A stretch of DNA of 64,000 nucleotides. Origin: an uncultured Draconibacterium sp. (GTDB taxonomy: Bacteria; Bacteroidota; Bacteroidia; Bacteroidales; FEN-979). This document shows positions 31,223 through 39,679 of the stretch, piece by piece. The position numbers were made by a program, and so were the translations under genes. The notes under the pieces are model-generated. The model saw only the letters and a list, made by a program, of their open reading frames with translations, searched no databases and was not told where the DNA came from. The DNA lies in NCBI GenBank assembly GCA_964355945.1, contig CAYHGE010000002.1, positions 67,144 to 131,143 on the forward strand, written 5' to 3'. The stretch's first letter is position 1; each line of letters opens with the position of its first letter.

Positions 31223-31804
31223 ATGCACAGGAGAAACATTTTTTACGGATTCATCTTTTTTCTTTCAGGTGTTTTTTGCTGTGCATGTAACAATCAATCA
31301 ACGGAAACTTCCGGGGGAATTCCGGGAATCAAAAACAACAAAATGTCCAACAAAATAGAGGCAGGGAGCAAAGCTCCCGAGTTTTCCTTACCAGATCAGT
31401 TTGGAAGGCGGGTAAATCTAAGCGATTTCATCGGGAAATCAAACCTGGTGGTCTATTTTTATCCCAAGGATGAATCTTATGGTTGTACCAAAGAGGCGTG
31501 CAGTTTTCGAGATAATTATGAGGTTTTCAAAGAGGCCGGTGCAGTGGTGATTGGTGTGAGCTCCGACGATGTAGCCTCTCACCAGGCATTTGCCGCGAAC
31601 CATAAACTGCCGTTCATACTTCTTTCAGATAAAGACCGGTCTGTTGCCGCGAAATTCGGTGTGGGCAAATCTATGGGCGTGCTGCCCGGACGGGTTACCT
31701 TTGTAATTGATAAGCAGGGGATTGTGAGGCTGGTGTTTTCGTCGCAACTCAGTTTTGAGAAGCATATTACTGAGGCGATAGAGATGTTGAAGAAGATGGG
31801 ATAG
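31223..31804 (+). CDS. bcp: Peroxiredoxin of the Bcp type with an N-terminal signal/lipoprotein sequence
   Basis: 193-aa ORF with the motif YFYPKDESYGCTKEAC and an AhpC/TSA fold sequence. Confidence 0.85.
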   Translation: MHRRNIFYGFIFFLSGVFCCACNNQSTETSGGIPGIKNNKMSNKIEAGSKAPEFSLPDQFGRRVNLSDFIGKSNLVVYFYPKDESYGCTKEACSFRDNYEVFKEAGAVVIGVSSDDVASHQAFAANHKLPFILLSDKDRSVAAKFGVGKSMGVLPGRVTFVIDKQGIVRLVFSSQLSFEKHITEAIEMLKKMG

Positions 31805-31806
31805 AC

Positions 31807-31827
31807 GTGACGGGTGACGGGTTGGGT
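31807..31827 (+). repeat. Short heptamer array: GTGACGG, GTGACGG, GTTGGGT
   Basis: 7-bp period immediately after the bcp stop. It overlaps the stop of the convergent 149-aa ORF. Confidence 0.65.
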
Positions 31828-32276
31828 TACAGACCGAATTTTTTCTCGTTCAGCAGGTCTTTTTCAATGCCTTCCGGGGTGAGTAAATCTTTCTTTTCTT
31901 TTGGATAAAACGCATCGGGCAGCAGTTGAATGTGCATGCTTAGCAGCAAATGATCCATGATGATCAGCAGCAGTGTACCGATGAAGGGGAGCGGGATCAG
32001 CATGACCGGAACAATGACTCCTGAGCTTCTGAGAATATCAATAACCTGCCGTTTGAATTTTTTCTTCTCTTCCCTGGAAAGCTTCTCTTTTTTGATGTAT
32101 TTAGACAGGATTGTGAAGGTTTCCTTTGTTTCTATTGCCTCTGTTTTGATTCCGGTTGAATACCTGCCGGCTTCACCTAAAAACATCCTGGCATAGCTGC
32201 CAATGAGTTCCCTAACCCTGGGCAAGGTAAACAGTCCAAGGAAATAAGCAATGATCTTTTTACGGAGGGATTTCAT
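31827..32276 (-). CDS. Hypothetical membrane protein (possibly LETM1-like)
   Basis: 149-aa ORF with one strongly hydrophobic segment (VIVPVMLIPLPFIGTLLLIIM) and Lys/Glu-rich flanks. The family assignment is a weak impression only. Confidence 0.5.
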   Translation of the reverse strand: MKSLRKKIIAYFLGLFTLPRVRELIGSYARMFLGEAGRYSTGIKTEAIETKETFTILSKYIKKEKLSREEKKKFKRQVIDILRSSGVIVPVMLIPLPFIGTLLLIIMDHLLLSMHIQLLPDAFYPKEKKDLLTPEGIEKDLLNEKKFGL

Positions 32277-32310
32277 TTAAATGTTTCTGGTAACAAATGT
32301 AGGTAAAAAA

Positions 32311-32358
32311 CAGGCGGACGGGCAGACAGGCGGACAGGTGGAGAGGCGGACGGAAAGT
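32311..32358 (+). repeat. Octamer tandem array: CAGGCGGA, CGGGCAGA, CAGGCGGA, CAGGTGGA, GAGGCGGA, CGGAAAGT
   Basis: Exact 8-bp period, filling the gap between two minus-strand genes. Its sequence is related to the array inside the activase CDS at 39927. Confidence 0.9.
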
Positions 32359-32359
32359 G

Positions 32360-33109
32360 CTATTGATTTATTCCCATGCCGAAAAGGGCAAAGTCATATT
32401 TGACGGGGTCGGCAGGGTCGAATCTTCTGAGGGCCTCAGTAAGTTCCACGGCTGCTTTCCAGTCGTTCTGACTACGTTTTAACAGTCCAAGATATCGGGC
32501 AACACGCCCGGAGTGGATATCCAGCGGGCAAATCAGCATCTTTGGATCAATAGATTTCCAGTGGCCAAAGTCCACTCCCCGGTTATCTTTACGTACCATC
32601 CAGCGAAGAAAAAGGTTGATTCTTTTGGCTGCGGATCCTGCCTCCGGGTTTGCAAGATGTTTTTCTGATCGTTTCAGATGGTCTGTTGATAAAAAGATTG
32701 TTCTGAACCGGCCGATGGCATGTTCAGCGCCATGCTGGTTCATGGTTATGAACAGTGGCTCGAGGCTGCCATAAGTGCGATAAATGTTTTGCAGGGATGA
32801 AAGAAAAAAGAGGCAATCATCGCCATTGAAGGTACGATGAACAAATTGAATGAAAGGTTTGAAATCCTGAGGCTTTGCAGTGAGGAGGAAATTGTATGGT
32901 GAATTGCCGGTTAACTGAACAAGCCTGTTTGCATTTGAAACAATTGATTTTCTGTTTCCCCAGGCAATTGTCGCACTAAGAAATCCTGAAATTTCGATAT
33001 CCTGTTTAAGAAAAAATCTGTGAGGAATCGAAACCGGATCATCGGCAATGAAACCGGGCGTATTGTATTCAAGAAACTTATGATCTAAAAGTTCTTTCAG
33101 GTTGTCCAC
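32360..33109 (-). CDS. TIGR02757 (DUF2400) family protein
   Basis: 249-aa ORF. The sequence (FLSATIAWGNRKSI...CPLDIHSGRVARYLGLL) matches my recollection of this uncharacterised family. Confidence 0.65.
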   Translation of the reverse strand: MDNLKELLDHKFLEYNTPGFIADDPVSIPHRFFLKQDIEISGFLSATIAWGNRKSIVSNANRLVQLTGNSPYNFLLTAKPQDFKPFIQFVHRTFNGDDCLFFLSSLQNIYRTYGSLEPLFITMNQHGAEHAIGRFRTIFLSTDHLKRSEKHLANPEAGSAAKRINLFLRWMVRKDNRGVDFGHWKSIDPKMLICPLDIHSGRVARYLGLLKRSQNDWKAAVELTEALRRFDPADPVKYDFALFGMGINQ

Positions 33110-33116
33110 TCAGTCA

Positions 33117-33671
33117 CTAATTCAGGACATTCACCGGTTTCAAAAGTTCTTTTCCCACTTCAATTGCTTTTTCATTCTCAGGGATAAGGACATGATGACG
33201 GGCTGGAAGTGATTTTTCCAGTCCTTTATGAATAAATTCAGGAGCAACGAGTGGTTTTAATTTGAGGAAACCTCCCAGAACAATCATATTGAAGGTTTTG
33301 GCGAGACCACGTTTACCGGCTTCGTCGGCAGCCTCGATGGAGTAGATGTTAATGTCTTTCCTCTCAGGCAGGCGTGTGAGTCCGTTGGGGTCGTATATAA
33401 GCAATCCTCCCGGTTTCACGGTCTTTTCAAATTTATCCATCGACTGCTGGTTGAGGATAATGGCGGTATCATAAGAGTTCAGAATGGGGGAACTGATCCG
33501 TTCATCACTGATGATCACGGTAACATTTGCAGTTCCGCCGCGCATTTCGGGGCCATACGAGGGCATCCAGCTCACTTCTTTGTTCTGCATCACACCTGAA
33601 TAGGCGAGAATCTTTCCCATGGAGAGGACACCTTGTCCTCCGAATCCGGCTATAATAATCTCTTCTGTCAT
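33117..33671 (-). CDS. 2-oxoacid:ferredoxin oxidoreductase, gamma subunit
   Basis: 184-aa ORF starting IIIAGFGGQGVLSMGKILA. It is the last gene of a delta-alpha-beta-gamma set. Confidence 0.88.
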   Translation of the reverse strand: MTEEIIIAGFGGQGVLSMGKILAYSGVMQNKEVSWMPSYGPEMRGGTANVTVIISDERISSPILNSYDTAIILNQQSMDKFEKTVKPGGLLIYDPNGLTRLPERKDINIYSIEAADEAGKRGLAKTFNMIVLGGFLKLKPLVAPEFIHKGLEKSLPARHHVLIPENEKAIEVGKELLKPVNVLN

Positions 33672-33678
33672 GTCGAAT

Positions 33679-33720
33679 GAATATCGAATATTGAATAACG
33701 AATATTGACTGTTGAACTGG
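33679..33720 (+). repeat. Heptamer tandem array: GAATATC, GAATATT, GAATAAC, GAATATT, GACTGTT, GAACTGG
   Basis: Exact 7-bp period occupying the intercistronic gap between the beta and gamma subunit genes. Confidence 0.85.
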
Positions 33721-33728
33721 AATAATTC

Positions 33729-34535
33729 CTACTCAACCGTTACTTTTTTTTCCACCAGTTTCCCATCTATTTTGATGTCACCGAGTTGATAGAAGGGGAA
33801 CATGTTGTCCTCCATCCACTTGTTGGACTGTACCGGGGTCATTTTCCAGCCGGAATTGCAATTGGAAACAATTTCGATGAAACACAATCCTTTGTTCTCC
33901 TTCTGGAGTTCAAAGGCCTTTCGGATGGCTTTTTTTGTTTTTCGCACATGGTTGGGTGTGTGAACTGCCTGCCGTGTCACATAATAAACTCCGGGAAGGT
34001 GTGAGATCAGTTCAGTGATCTTGAGTGGATGACCCATGGTGGGCACATCGCGACCATAAGGCGATGTTGAGGAGCGCATTCCAGGCAGGGTTGTCGGGGC
34101 CATCTGACCTCCGGTCATCCCATAAATTCCGTTGTTGATGAAGATGATTGTGATATTTTCACCACGGTTACAGGCATGTATCGTCTCAGCAGTACCAATT
34201 GCAGCGAGGTCGCCGTCACCCTGGTATGTGAATACAAAATGGTTAGGCCACATACGTTTGATGGCAGTTGCAAGTGCGGGAGCACGCCCATGGGCCGCAC
34301 CGATCATGTCGATGTCGAGAAAATCATAAGCCAGTACAGAGCAGCCAACAGGTGAAACCCCAATGGTTTTATCCTGGATGTCCATCTCTTCTATCACTTC
34401 CATCAGCATGCGATGGGCAGTGCCATGGCCACATCCCGGACAATAGCTAAGCGGACGATCAACCAGCAGGTCTGTCCTTTTATAGACGATATTCTCCGGT
34501 TTGTGAATTTCAGTCTTTGCGAATAGTTCTTCCAT
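33729..34535 (-). CDS. 2-oxoacid:ferredoxin oxidoreductase, beta (TPP-binding) subunit
   Basis: 268-aa ORF with CPGCGHG and the GDGD..AIG TPP motif. Confidence 0.9.
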   Translation of the reverse strand: MEELFAKTEIHKPENIVYKRTDLLVDRPLSYCPGCGHGTAHRMLMEVIEEMDIQDKTIGVSPVGCSVLAYDFLDIDMIGAAHGRAPALATAIKRMWPNHFVFTYQGDGDLAAIGTAETIHACNRGENITIIFINNGIYGMTGGQMAPTTLPGMRSSTSPYGRDVPTMGHPLKITELISHLPGVYYVTRQAVHTPNHVRKTKKAIRKAFELQKENKGLCFIEIVSNCNSGWKMTPVQSNKWMEDNMFPFYQLGDIKIDGKLVEKKVTVE

Positions 34536-34537
34536 AA

Positions 34538-35620
34538 TTAACCTCCGATAATTTTTTGTTCCAGGGCGCTGACAACTTCATCCGGTGAGGGGATGATTCC
34601 ACCGAAGCGGCCGAAATGTTCTATTTTTACTTTACAGCCAACCGAGAGTTTTACATCTTCGATCATTTGTCCTGCATTCATCTCAACAACCAGGATTCCT
34701 TTCACACGGTTACCAACATTGGATACTTCAATGGCCGGAAAAGGAAAAAGCGTAATCGGGCGGAACAGTCCGACTTTAATGCCTTTGGCACGTGCAAGGT
34801 CAAGGGCTTTCTGACAGATTCTGGCCGAGAGTCCAAATGCAACGAGGAGATAGTCGGCATCTTCGCATTGAATCTCTTCGTACAAAACCTCATTTTTTTC
34901 CATGAGTTTATATTTTGCCTGGAGCTTCAGGTTCACCCGTTCCTGTCCTGCCGGATCGAGGTCAAGTGAGGTAATGATGTTGTGGTTACGGGCTTTCGGC
35001 CTTCCGGTCGATGCCCATGGACACTGTGCAATCAACTCTTCGTCTGTGCGCCGCGGGATATGATCAAAAAGCACAACTTTCTCCATCATCTGGCCAATGG
35101 CTCCGTCGGAGAGAATCATAACCGGTGTGCGGTATTGATATGCCTTTTCAAAACCAAGTTTAACATGGTCGCACATTTCCTGCACTGAGGCCGGGGCAAG
35201 CACCAGCATTTTGTAATCGCCGTGTCCACCGCCTTTAACTGCCTGAAAGTAGTCGGCCTGAGAAGGCTGGATGGTTCCGAGACCCGGGCCGCCACGTACG
35301 ATGTTGACAATAACGGCAGGCAGTTCAGCACCCGCCATGTAGCTGATCCCTTCCTGCATGAGGCTCACGCCCGGGCTTGAGGAGGATGTCATGACCATTT
35401 TTCCTGTTCCTGCCCCGCCATAAAGCATGTTGATGGCGGCAACTTCGCTCTCAGCCTGGAGAACCACCATGCCAGTCCGTTCGAAAGGCTTTTCAGCCAT
35501 CAGGTATTCCATCACCTCAGACTGGGGTGTAATCGGGTATCCGAAATAGCCATCGCAGCCTGCCCGAATGGCGGCCTCGGCAACAGCTTCATTCCCCTTC
35601 ATTAATCTAAGTTCACCCAT
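34538..35620 (-). CDS. 2-oxoacid:ferredoxin oxidoreductase, alpha subunit
   Basis: 360-aa ORF starting MKGNEAVAEAAIRAGC..YFGYPITPQSE. Confidence 0.9.
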   Translation of the reverse strand: MGELRLMKGNEAVAEAAIRAGCDGYFGYPITPQSEVMEYLMAEKPFERTGMVVLQAESEVAAINMLYGGAGTGKMVMTSSSSPGVSLMQEGISYMAGAELPAVIVNIVRGGPGLGTIQPSQADYFQAVKGGGHGDYKMLVLAPASVQEMCDHVKLGFEKAYQYRTPVMILSDGAIGQMMEKVVLFDHIPRRTDEELIAQCPWASTGRPKARNHNIITSLDLDPAGQERVNLKLQAKYKLMEKNEVLYEEIQCEDADYLLVAFGLSARICQKALDLARAKGIKVGLFRPITLFPFPAIEVSNVGNRVKGILVVEMNAGQMIEDVKLSVGCKVKIEHFGRFGGIIPSPDEVVSALEQKIIGG

Positions 35621-35641
35621 AATGTATGTTTTTTTCGATTT

Positions 35642-35872
35642 TTATTCAGTAGCGACTTTTGCCCGGTACACGGTGATTACTCCGTCGGGGCAGACCAGGG
35701 CACAGTTTGTACAACCTGTGCACTCATCGTTGACTTTCATTGCGAAGTGATATCCTTTGCTGTTCACTTCCTTCGACATTGCGATCACAGTGAAAGGGCA
35801 TGCAGCAAGGCACACTTCACAGCCTTTGCAGCGATCGGTGTTGATCACAATATCACCTTTAATTTTTGCCAT
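35642..35872 (-). CDS. 2-oxoacid:ferredoxin oxidoreductase, delta subunit (2x[4Fe-4S])
   Basis: 76-aa ORF with two Cys clusters, CKGCEVCLAACP and CTGCTNCALVCP. Confidence 0.88.
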   Translation of the reverse strand: MAKIKGDIVINTDRCKGCEVCLAACPFTVIAMSKEVNSKGYHFAMKVNDECTGCTNCALVCPDGVITVYRAKVATE

Positions 35873-36019
35873 ATAAGAGGGGTTGAGTTGTTAACGGATT
35901 CACAGGGGCGAAAGTACAAAAATTTGTTTGAACCACCAGTCATTCAGCTATTGGAAAATAAGGCAGATTGTCTAATTTAGAACTGGTTTAATCTTATGCC
36001 TTAGTCATTCTCTATAGCT

Positions 36020-37336
36020 TTAACCTAAGTGGTTCTCCCGGAATTTATTCAGTCTTTCTTCCAGCACCGGAAATTGTTCGCGTTTTACAAGCGAAACGCA
36101 AGCCCTGATGCCTTCTGTACGTTCACTTCCGGTGATGCTGAGGGTGATGGCGCTGATCCCATAATAGATCAATTCCTGGAGTAGCTCCTCACCGGTAAAG
36201 CCCTTGTATGCAACGGTGAAAAAGAACCCATCTGCAATGGGTTCATCTTCATCCCTGTCATAAACGATGGTGAACCCATTGTCGATAAACATCTTCTTCA
36301 TGATTTTCGCCTTGGCGCCATATTCCTTTACAACTTCCACGAAGTCGAGTTCGCCGTCATTTACTGCTTTGAGCATGGCAGCCAGTGCATATTGGGTTGA
36401 ATGGGTGGTGCCGGCGCTTAATGCATAAACCGTTCCGTAAATGAGGGCGGTGCCAACGATATCGGAGGTATAGTGACGGAGCAGATCCGGTGCTTTGGTG
36501 TTGAACAGTTTATTGGAAAGAACCATCAGCCCGATACGCTGACCGGCATAACTGAAAGCCTTTGAACTTGAGATCAGAAGAAGGAAATTATCGGTGTATT
36601 TTGCAACAGTGGGTTGGTAAGGCGGTTCACCCGGCTTTGAATAATCTTTACGAAAATCCATTGCAAAATAGGCAAGGTCCTCGATGATGATTACATCATA
36701 TTTTGTGGCAAGTTCACCGATAATCCTGAGTTCCTTGTCTGTTAAACATATCCAGGAAGGGTTGTTCGGATTAGAATAGAGCACCGAATGAATATTTCCT
36801 TTCGAAAAATAGCTTTCAAGTTTGTCGCGGAGTTTGTCTCCACGATAATTATACACATCAAACGTTTCGAATTTCTGACCCAGCACCCTGTGTTGCTGAT
36901 GGTGAACCGGGAAACCCGGATCGATGAAGAGGGTCGTATCTTTATCGCGGTGGATCTTTGAAAAAGTCAGGAATGCAGCAAAACCGCCCTGCATGCTGCC
37001 GACCGTGGGAACACAATTAGCCGCATCAACATCAATGTCAAGAAAAAGTTTGACAAACCGGGCTGCCTCCTTTTTAAGTATGGGAACTCCTTCAATGTCA
37101 GGATATATTGCTGCTACCCCTTTCTGAAGCGCTTCAATCTCCGCCTGCAGGCCGATGGCGGTTGCAGGAAGACCGGGCACCCCCATTTCCATCCGGATGA
37201 ACTTTTCCCCGGTCTCTACCTCGATCCCATTTATTAGTTTCTTGATCTCCCGGATAGTAGCTTTGCCTATATTCCGGATTTTACTTTGAAGGATATGTCG
37301 CTGAACAACATCGTAACTGATGGGAGTCTCTTTCAT
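36020..37336 (-). CDS. PLP-dependent aminotransferase, class I/II fold
   Basis: 438-aa ORF with a Schiff-base lysine context SSSKAFSYAGQRIG and NPNNP. Substrate cannot be told from the sequence alone. Confidence 0.8.
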   Translation of the reverse strand: MKETPISYDVVQRHILQSKIRNIGKATIREIKKLINGIEVETGEKFIRMEMGVPGLPATAIGLQAEIEALQKGVAAIYPDIEGVPILKKEAARFVKLFLDIDVDAANCVPTVGSMQGGFAAFLTFSKIHRDKDTTLFIDPGFPVHHQQHRVLGQKFETFDVYNYRGDKLRDKLESYFSKGNIHSVLYSNPNNPSWICLTDKELRIIGELATKYDVIIIEDLAYFAMDFRKDYSKPGEPPYQPTVAKYTDNFLLLISSSKAFSYAGQRIGLMVLSNKLFNTKAPDLLRHYTSDIVGTALIYGTVYALSAGTTHSTQYALAAMLKAVNDGELDFVEVVKEYGAKAKIMKKMFIDNGFTIVYDRDEDEPIADGFFFTVAYKGFTGEELLQELIYYGISAITLSITGSERTEGIRACVSLVKREQFPVLEERLNKFRENHLG

Positions 37337-37471
37337 GAGTTGATGGGGTATGAGGTGTTAGTATTCAGAATAGCAGGCAACAAAATTGAAGAAAATTTTT
37401 CAACAATCCAATGATATGGAAAAGGTTATTGAAAATTAATTTGTATCCACTTTTTACAGTAATCCAAACAG

Positions 37472-39679
37472 CTATCTGATCAGGACCACATTTCCGGTCA
37501 GGGTGGAATTTTCAGGTGGTGAAAGCGAGGACTGATATACAACGACAAAAACATAACTCCCTTCAGGGCATAACTCACCCTTCAGGGTGCCATCCCACCC
37601 GGGTTCGGGCTGTGTGGAAGTGAAAACCAGTTGGCCGGAACGATTGTAAATGTTCATGCTGTATTGCCTGATATTATTTGTAAAAGGTCGAAAGTTGTCA
37701 TTCAATCCATCTCCATTTGGGGTAAAAGCGTTGGGCAACCGGATCACGATTTCGCACTCCGTTCCGGTCTTAATGAAAATTGAAGTGCTGTCGGAGTTGT
37801 CACATCCATGGGAATCAGTATAACGATAAGAAATGAGGTGGTTTCCTGTTCCACTGATCAGCGGGTCTATACTTGCAGCGGCAGTACCATTGATCCTGTA
37901 TTCTCCTCCCGCCGGGTTTCCACCGGTGAGTACCAATGCGGGTTCATTGTAACAGATTGTGTCAAACGCTGCAAGGGATACCTGGGGTGGAGGATAGAAA
38001 AAGATTTGAAGTGCAGATTCCTGGCCGTCACCACAAGTGTTGGTTCCATAAACCGCCAGCGTTCCCGAGGTGGCGGATGTATCGAATGTGACCAGGGAAC
38101 TTGTGTCATTGGAAATAACAGTGGCACCCGTGCCTGAATAGGACCAGGTGTATGAAGAGGCACCGGGGTCGTGCCTGATGGTGTAAGTCATGGCAACTCC
38201 TCCTTCACAGAAAACATTGTTGCCGCTTATCTTCCCGGGCTGCCCGGGAATTCTTTTAACCTGGAAATTGAGGGACTGGGTAATGGACCTTGAAACATAC
38301 CACCAAGAATTGATTGTATTCGTATCACCGGTTTCGATATCCCACAAATGGCATCCGGTCAGGTCGGTACAGCCATTGAGGTTGGCAGAGATGACCCCGG
38401 GCAACAACCTGTCGTCCCAGTATATCTCTGGTTTTGGTCCCGGGGGCCTCACCACCTCCACGATATAACCATTGTCGTTGTATTCAATGTCATAGATCGG
38501 AAGATGGGTGATGCCGCGGATGAACCTGACTGTTGATCTGACTGTTACACCATTGGTCACCGGGTTCCCCAACCCGTCGTTCCCATTCCAGTGGATGATG
38601 TTATACCCATTTCCCCCTGGATTGGCCAGGATATTGGCTGTGAGTTTTACATCCCGAGGGTCCGCCCCGGGACCTGGAACAACTTCGACCAAAAGCTCAA
38701 TCAGTCCGTCGTGTGATACCCGCACCCCCAGGTCCACTGAACCGGTTGCACAATCGTTGGTTACCATGATTGGAAGGTTGATGCCCGGTTTTGCCCTTCC
38801 GGTAGGGAAAATTGTACTGTCGGGGTCTGTCAAAAAAACCTTGTATTGAGGATATGTGTGGAACCCGGTGTGTGATTGCCTGTCTGTGGCAATATTTCCG
38901 GTGGTTGAGCATCCTGTCTCATTGCTGGAAATAGAGAACGTCCCTCCGACAAACCCATTGCAGTTAACGCTTGTTACAATGCTGTCGTCAGACAGGATAT
39001 ATACAGTTCCAAAGAAGCGGCTGTCAGTCGGCGGAGGTTCCACCACTCCGCAATTAAATTGCCAGGCCTTTGACCATAAACGACCCGTTTTCGGCTTGCC
39101 GGAGGCATCCAGCACCGTTATATCAAAGAATTCAAACCTGACATACCTGCTCATGGAATAGGTGCCAGCCAGGTCGGGAGGGTAATAGAATTCGAGTGAA
39201 TAATTCCCGCGGATAGGAGAAGGATACTCAATGGGATTATACCCGTTGTCTGCCGGAAACGGACCGATTGTGTCCTGGTCATATGTGCTGATAAATCCCG
39301 GGCCTGATTTGGGAAGCTGAAATGGACCAAGCACAATATTGCCTGCAGGATCTCTTAACTGGAACTGAACAATTACGGTAGAATCAACCTGCAGGATTTT
39401 ACCCAGGCCAAAACAAATTTTTTCAGCCGGATCGGCGATGTAAATATTAATCCTGAATTCAGGACTGGCATTGAAGAACCCGAAATCGTTGCGTGACTTG
39501 TCAATACAGAGTTTCCCCTGTGCAGTATCAAAAGGTGCAACCTGTTTTGTTCCTTCTGAAAACCCGGCCAGGGAATGGAGGAGGAGCAAAAGAATGACAG
39601 AAAGCCAGATGTTAAAAAGGGGTTTCACTCCCTGTATAGCACTTGATTCCCAGTGATGAAAATTGTTGTTTGATTTCAT
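37472..39679 (-). CDS. Large secreted protein with a gliding-motility-type (T9SS type-B, CHU_C) C-terminal domain
   Basis: The C-terminus reads LPNAFTPNGDGLNDNF...YNRSGQLVF...WDG. The track start at 39844 is buried in the activase gene. Plausible starts are the ATG at 39679 or the GTG at 39628, which immediately precedes the signal peptide KPLFNIWLSVILLLLLHSLAG. Confidence 0.7.
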   Translation of the reverse strand: MKSNNNFHHWESSAIQGVKPLFNIWLSVILLLLLHSLAGFSEGTKQVAPFDTAQGKLCIDKSRNDFGFFNASPEFRINIYIADPAEKICFGLGKILQVDSTVIVQFQLRDPAGNIVLGPFQLPKSGPGFISTYDQDTIGPFPADNGYNPIEYPSPIRGNYSLEFYYPPDLAGTYSMSRYVRFEFFDITVLDASGKPKTGRLWSKAWQFNCGVVEPPPTDSRFFGTVYILSDDSIVTSVNCNGFVGGTFSISSNETGCSTTGNIATDRQSHTGFHTYPQYKVFLTDPDSTIFPTGRAKPGINLPIMVTNDCATGSVDLGVRVSHDGLIELLVEVVPGPGADPRDVKLTANILANPGGNGYNIIHWNGNDGLGNPVTNGVTVRSTVRFIRGITHLPIYDIEYNDNGYIVEVVRPPGPKPEIYWDDRLLPGVISANLNGCTDLTGCHLWDIETGDTNTINSWWYVSRSITQSLNFQVKRIPGQPGKISGNNVFCEGGVAMTYTIRHDPGASSYTWSYSGTGATVISNDTSSLVTFDTSATSGTLAVYGTNTCGDGQESALQIFFYPPPQVSLAAFDTICYNEPALVLTGGNPAGGEYRINGTAAASIDPLISGTGNHLISYRYTDSHGCDNSDSTSIFIKTGTECEIVIRLPNAFTPNGDGLNDNFRPFTNNIRQYSMNIYNRSGQLVFTSTQPEPGWDGTLKGELCPEGSYVFVVVYQSSLSPPENSTLTGNVVLIR

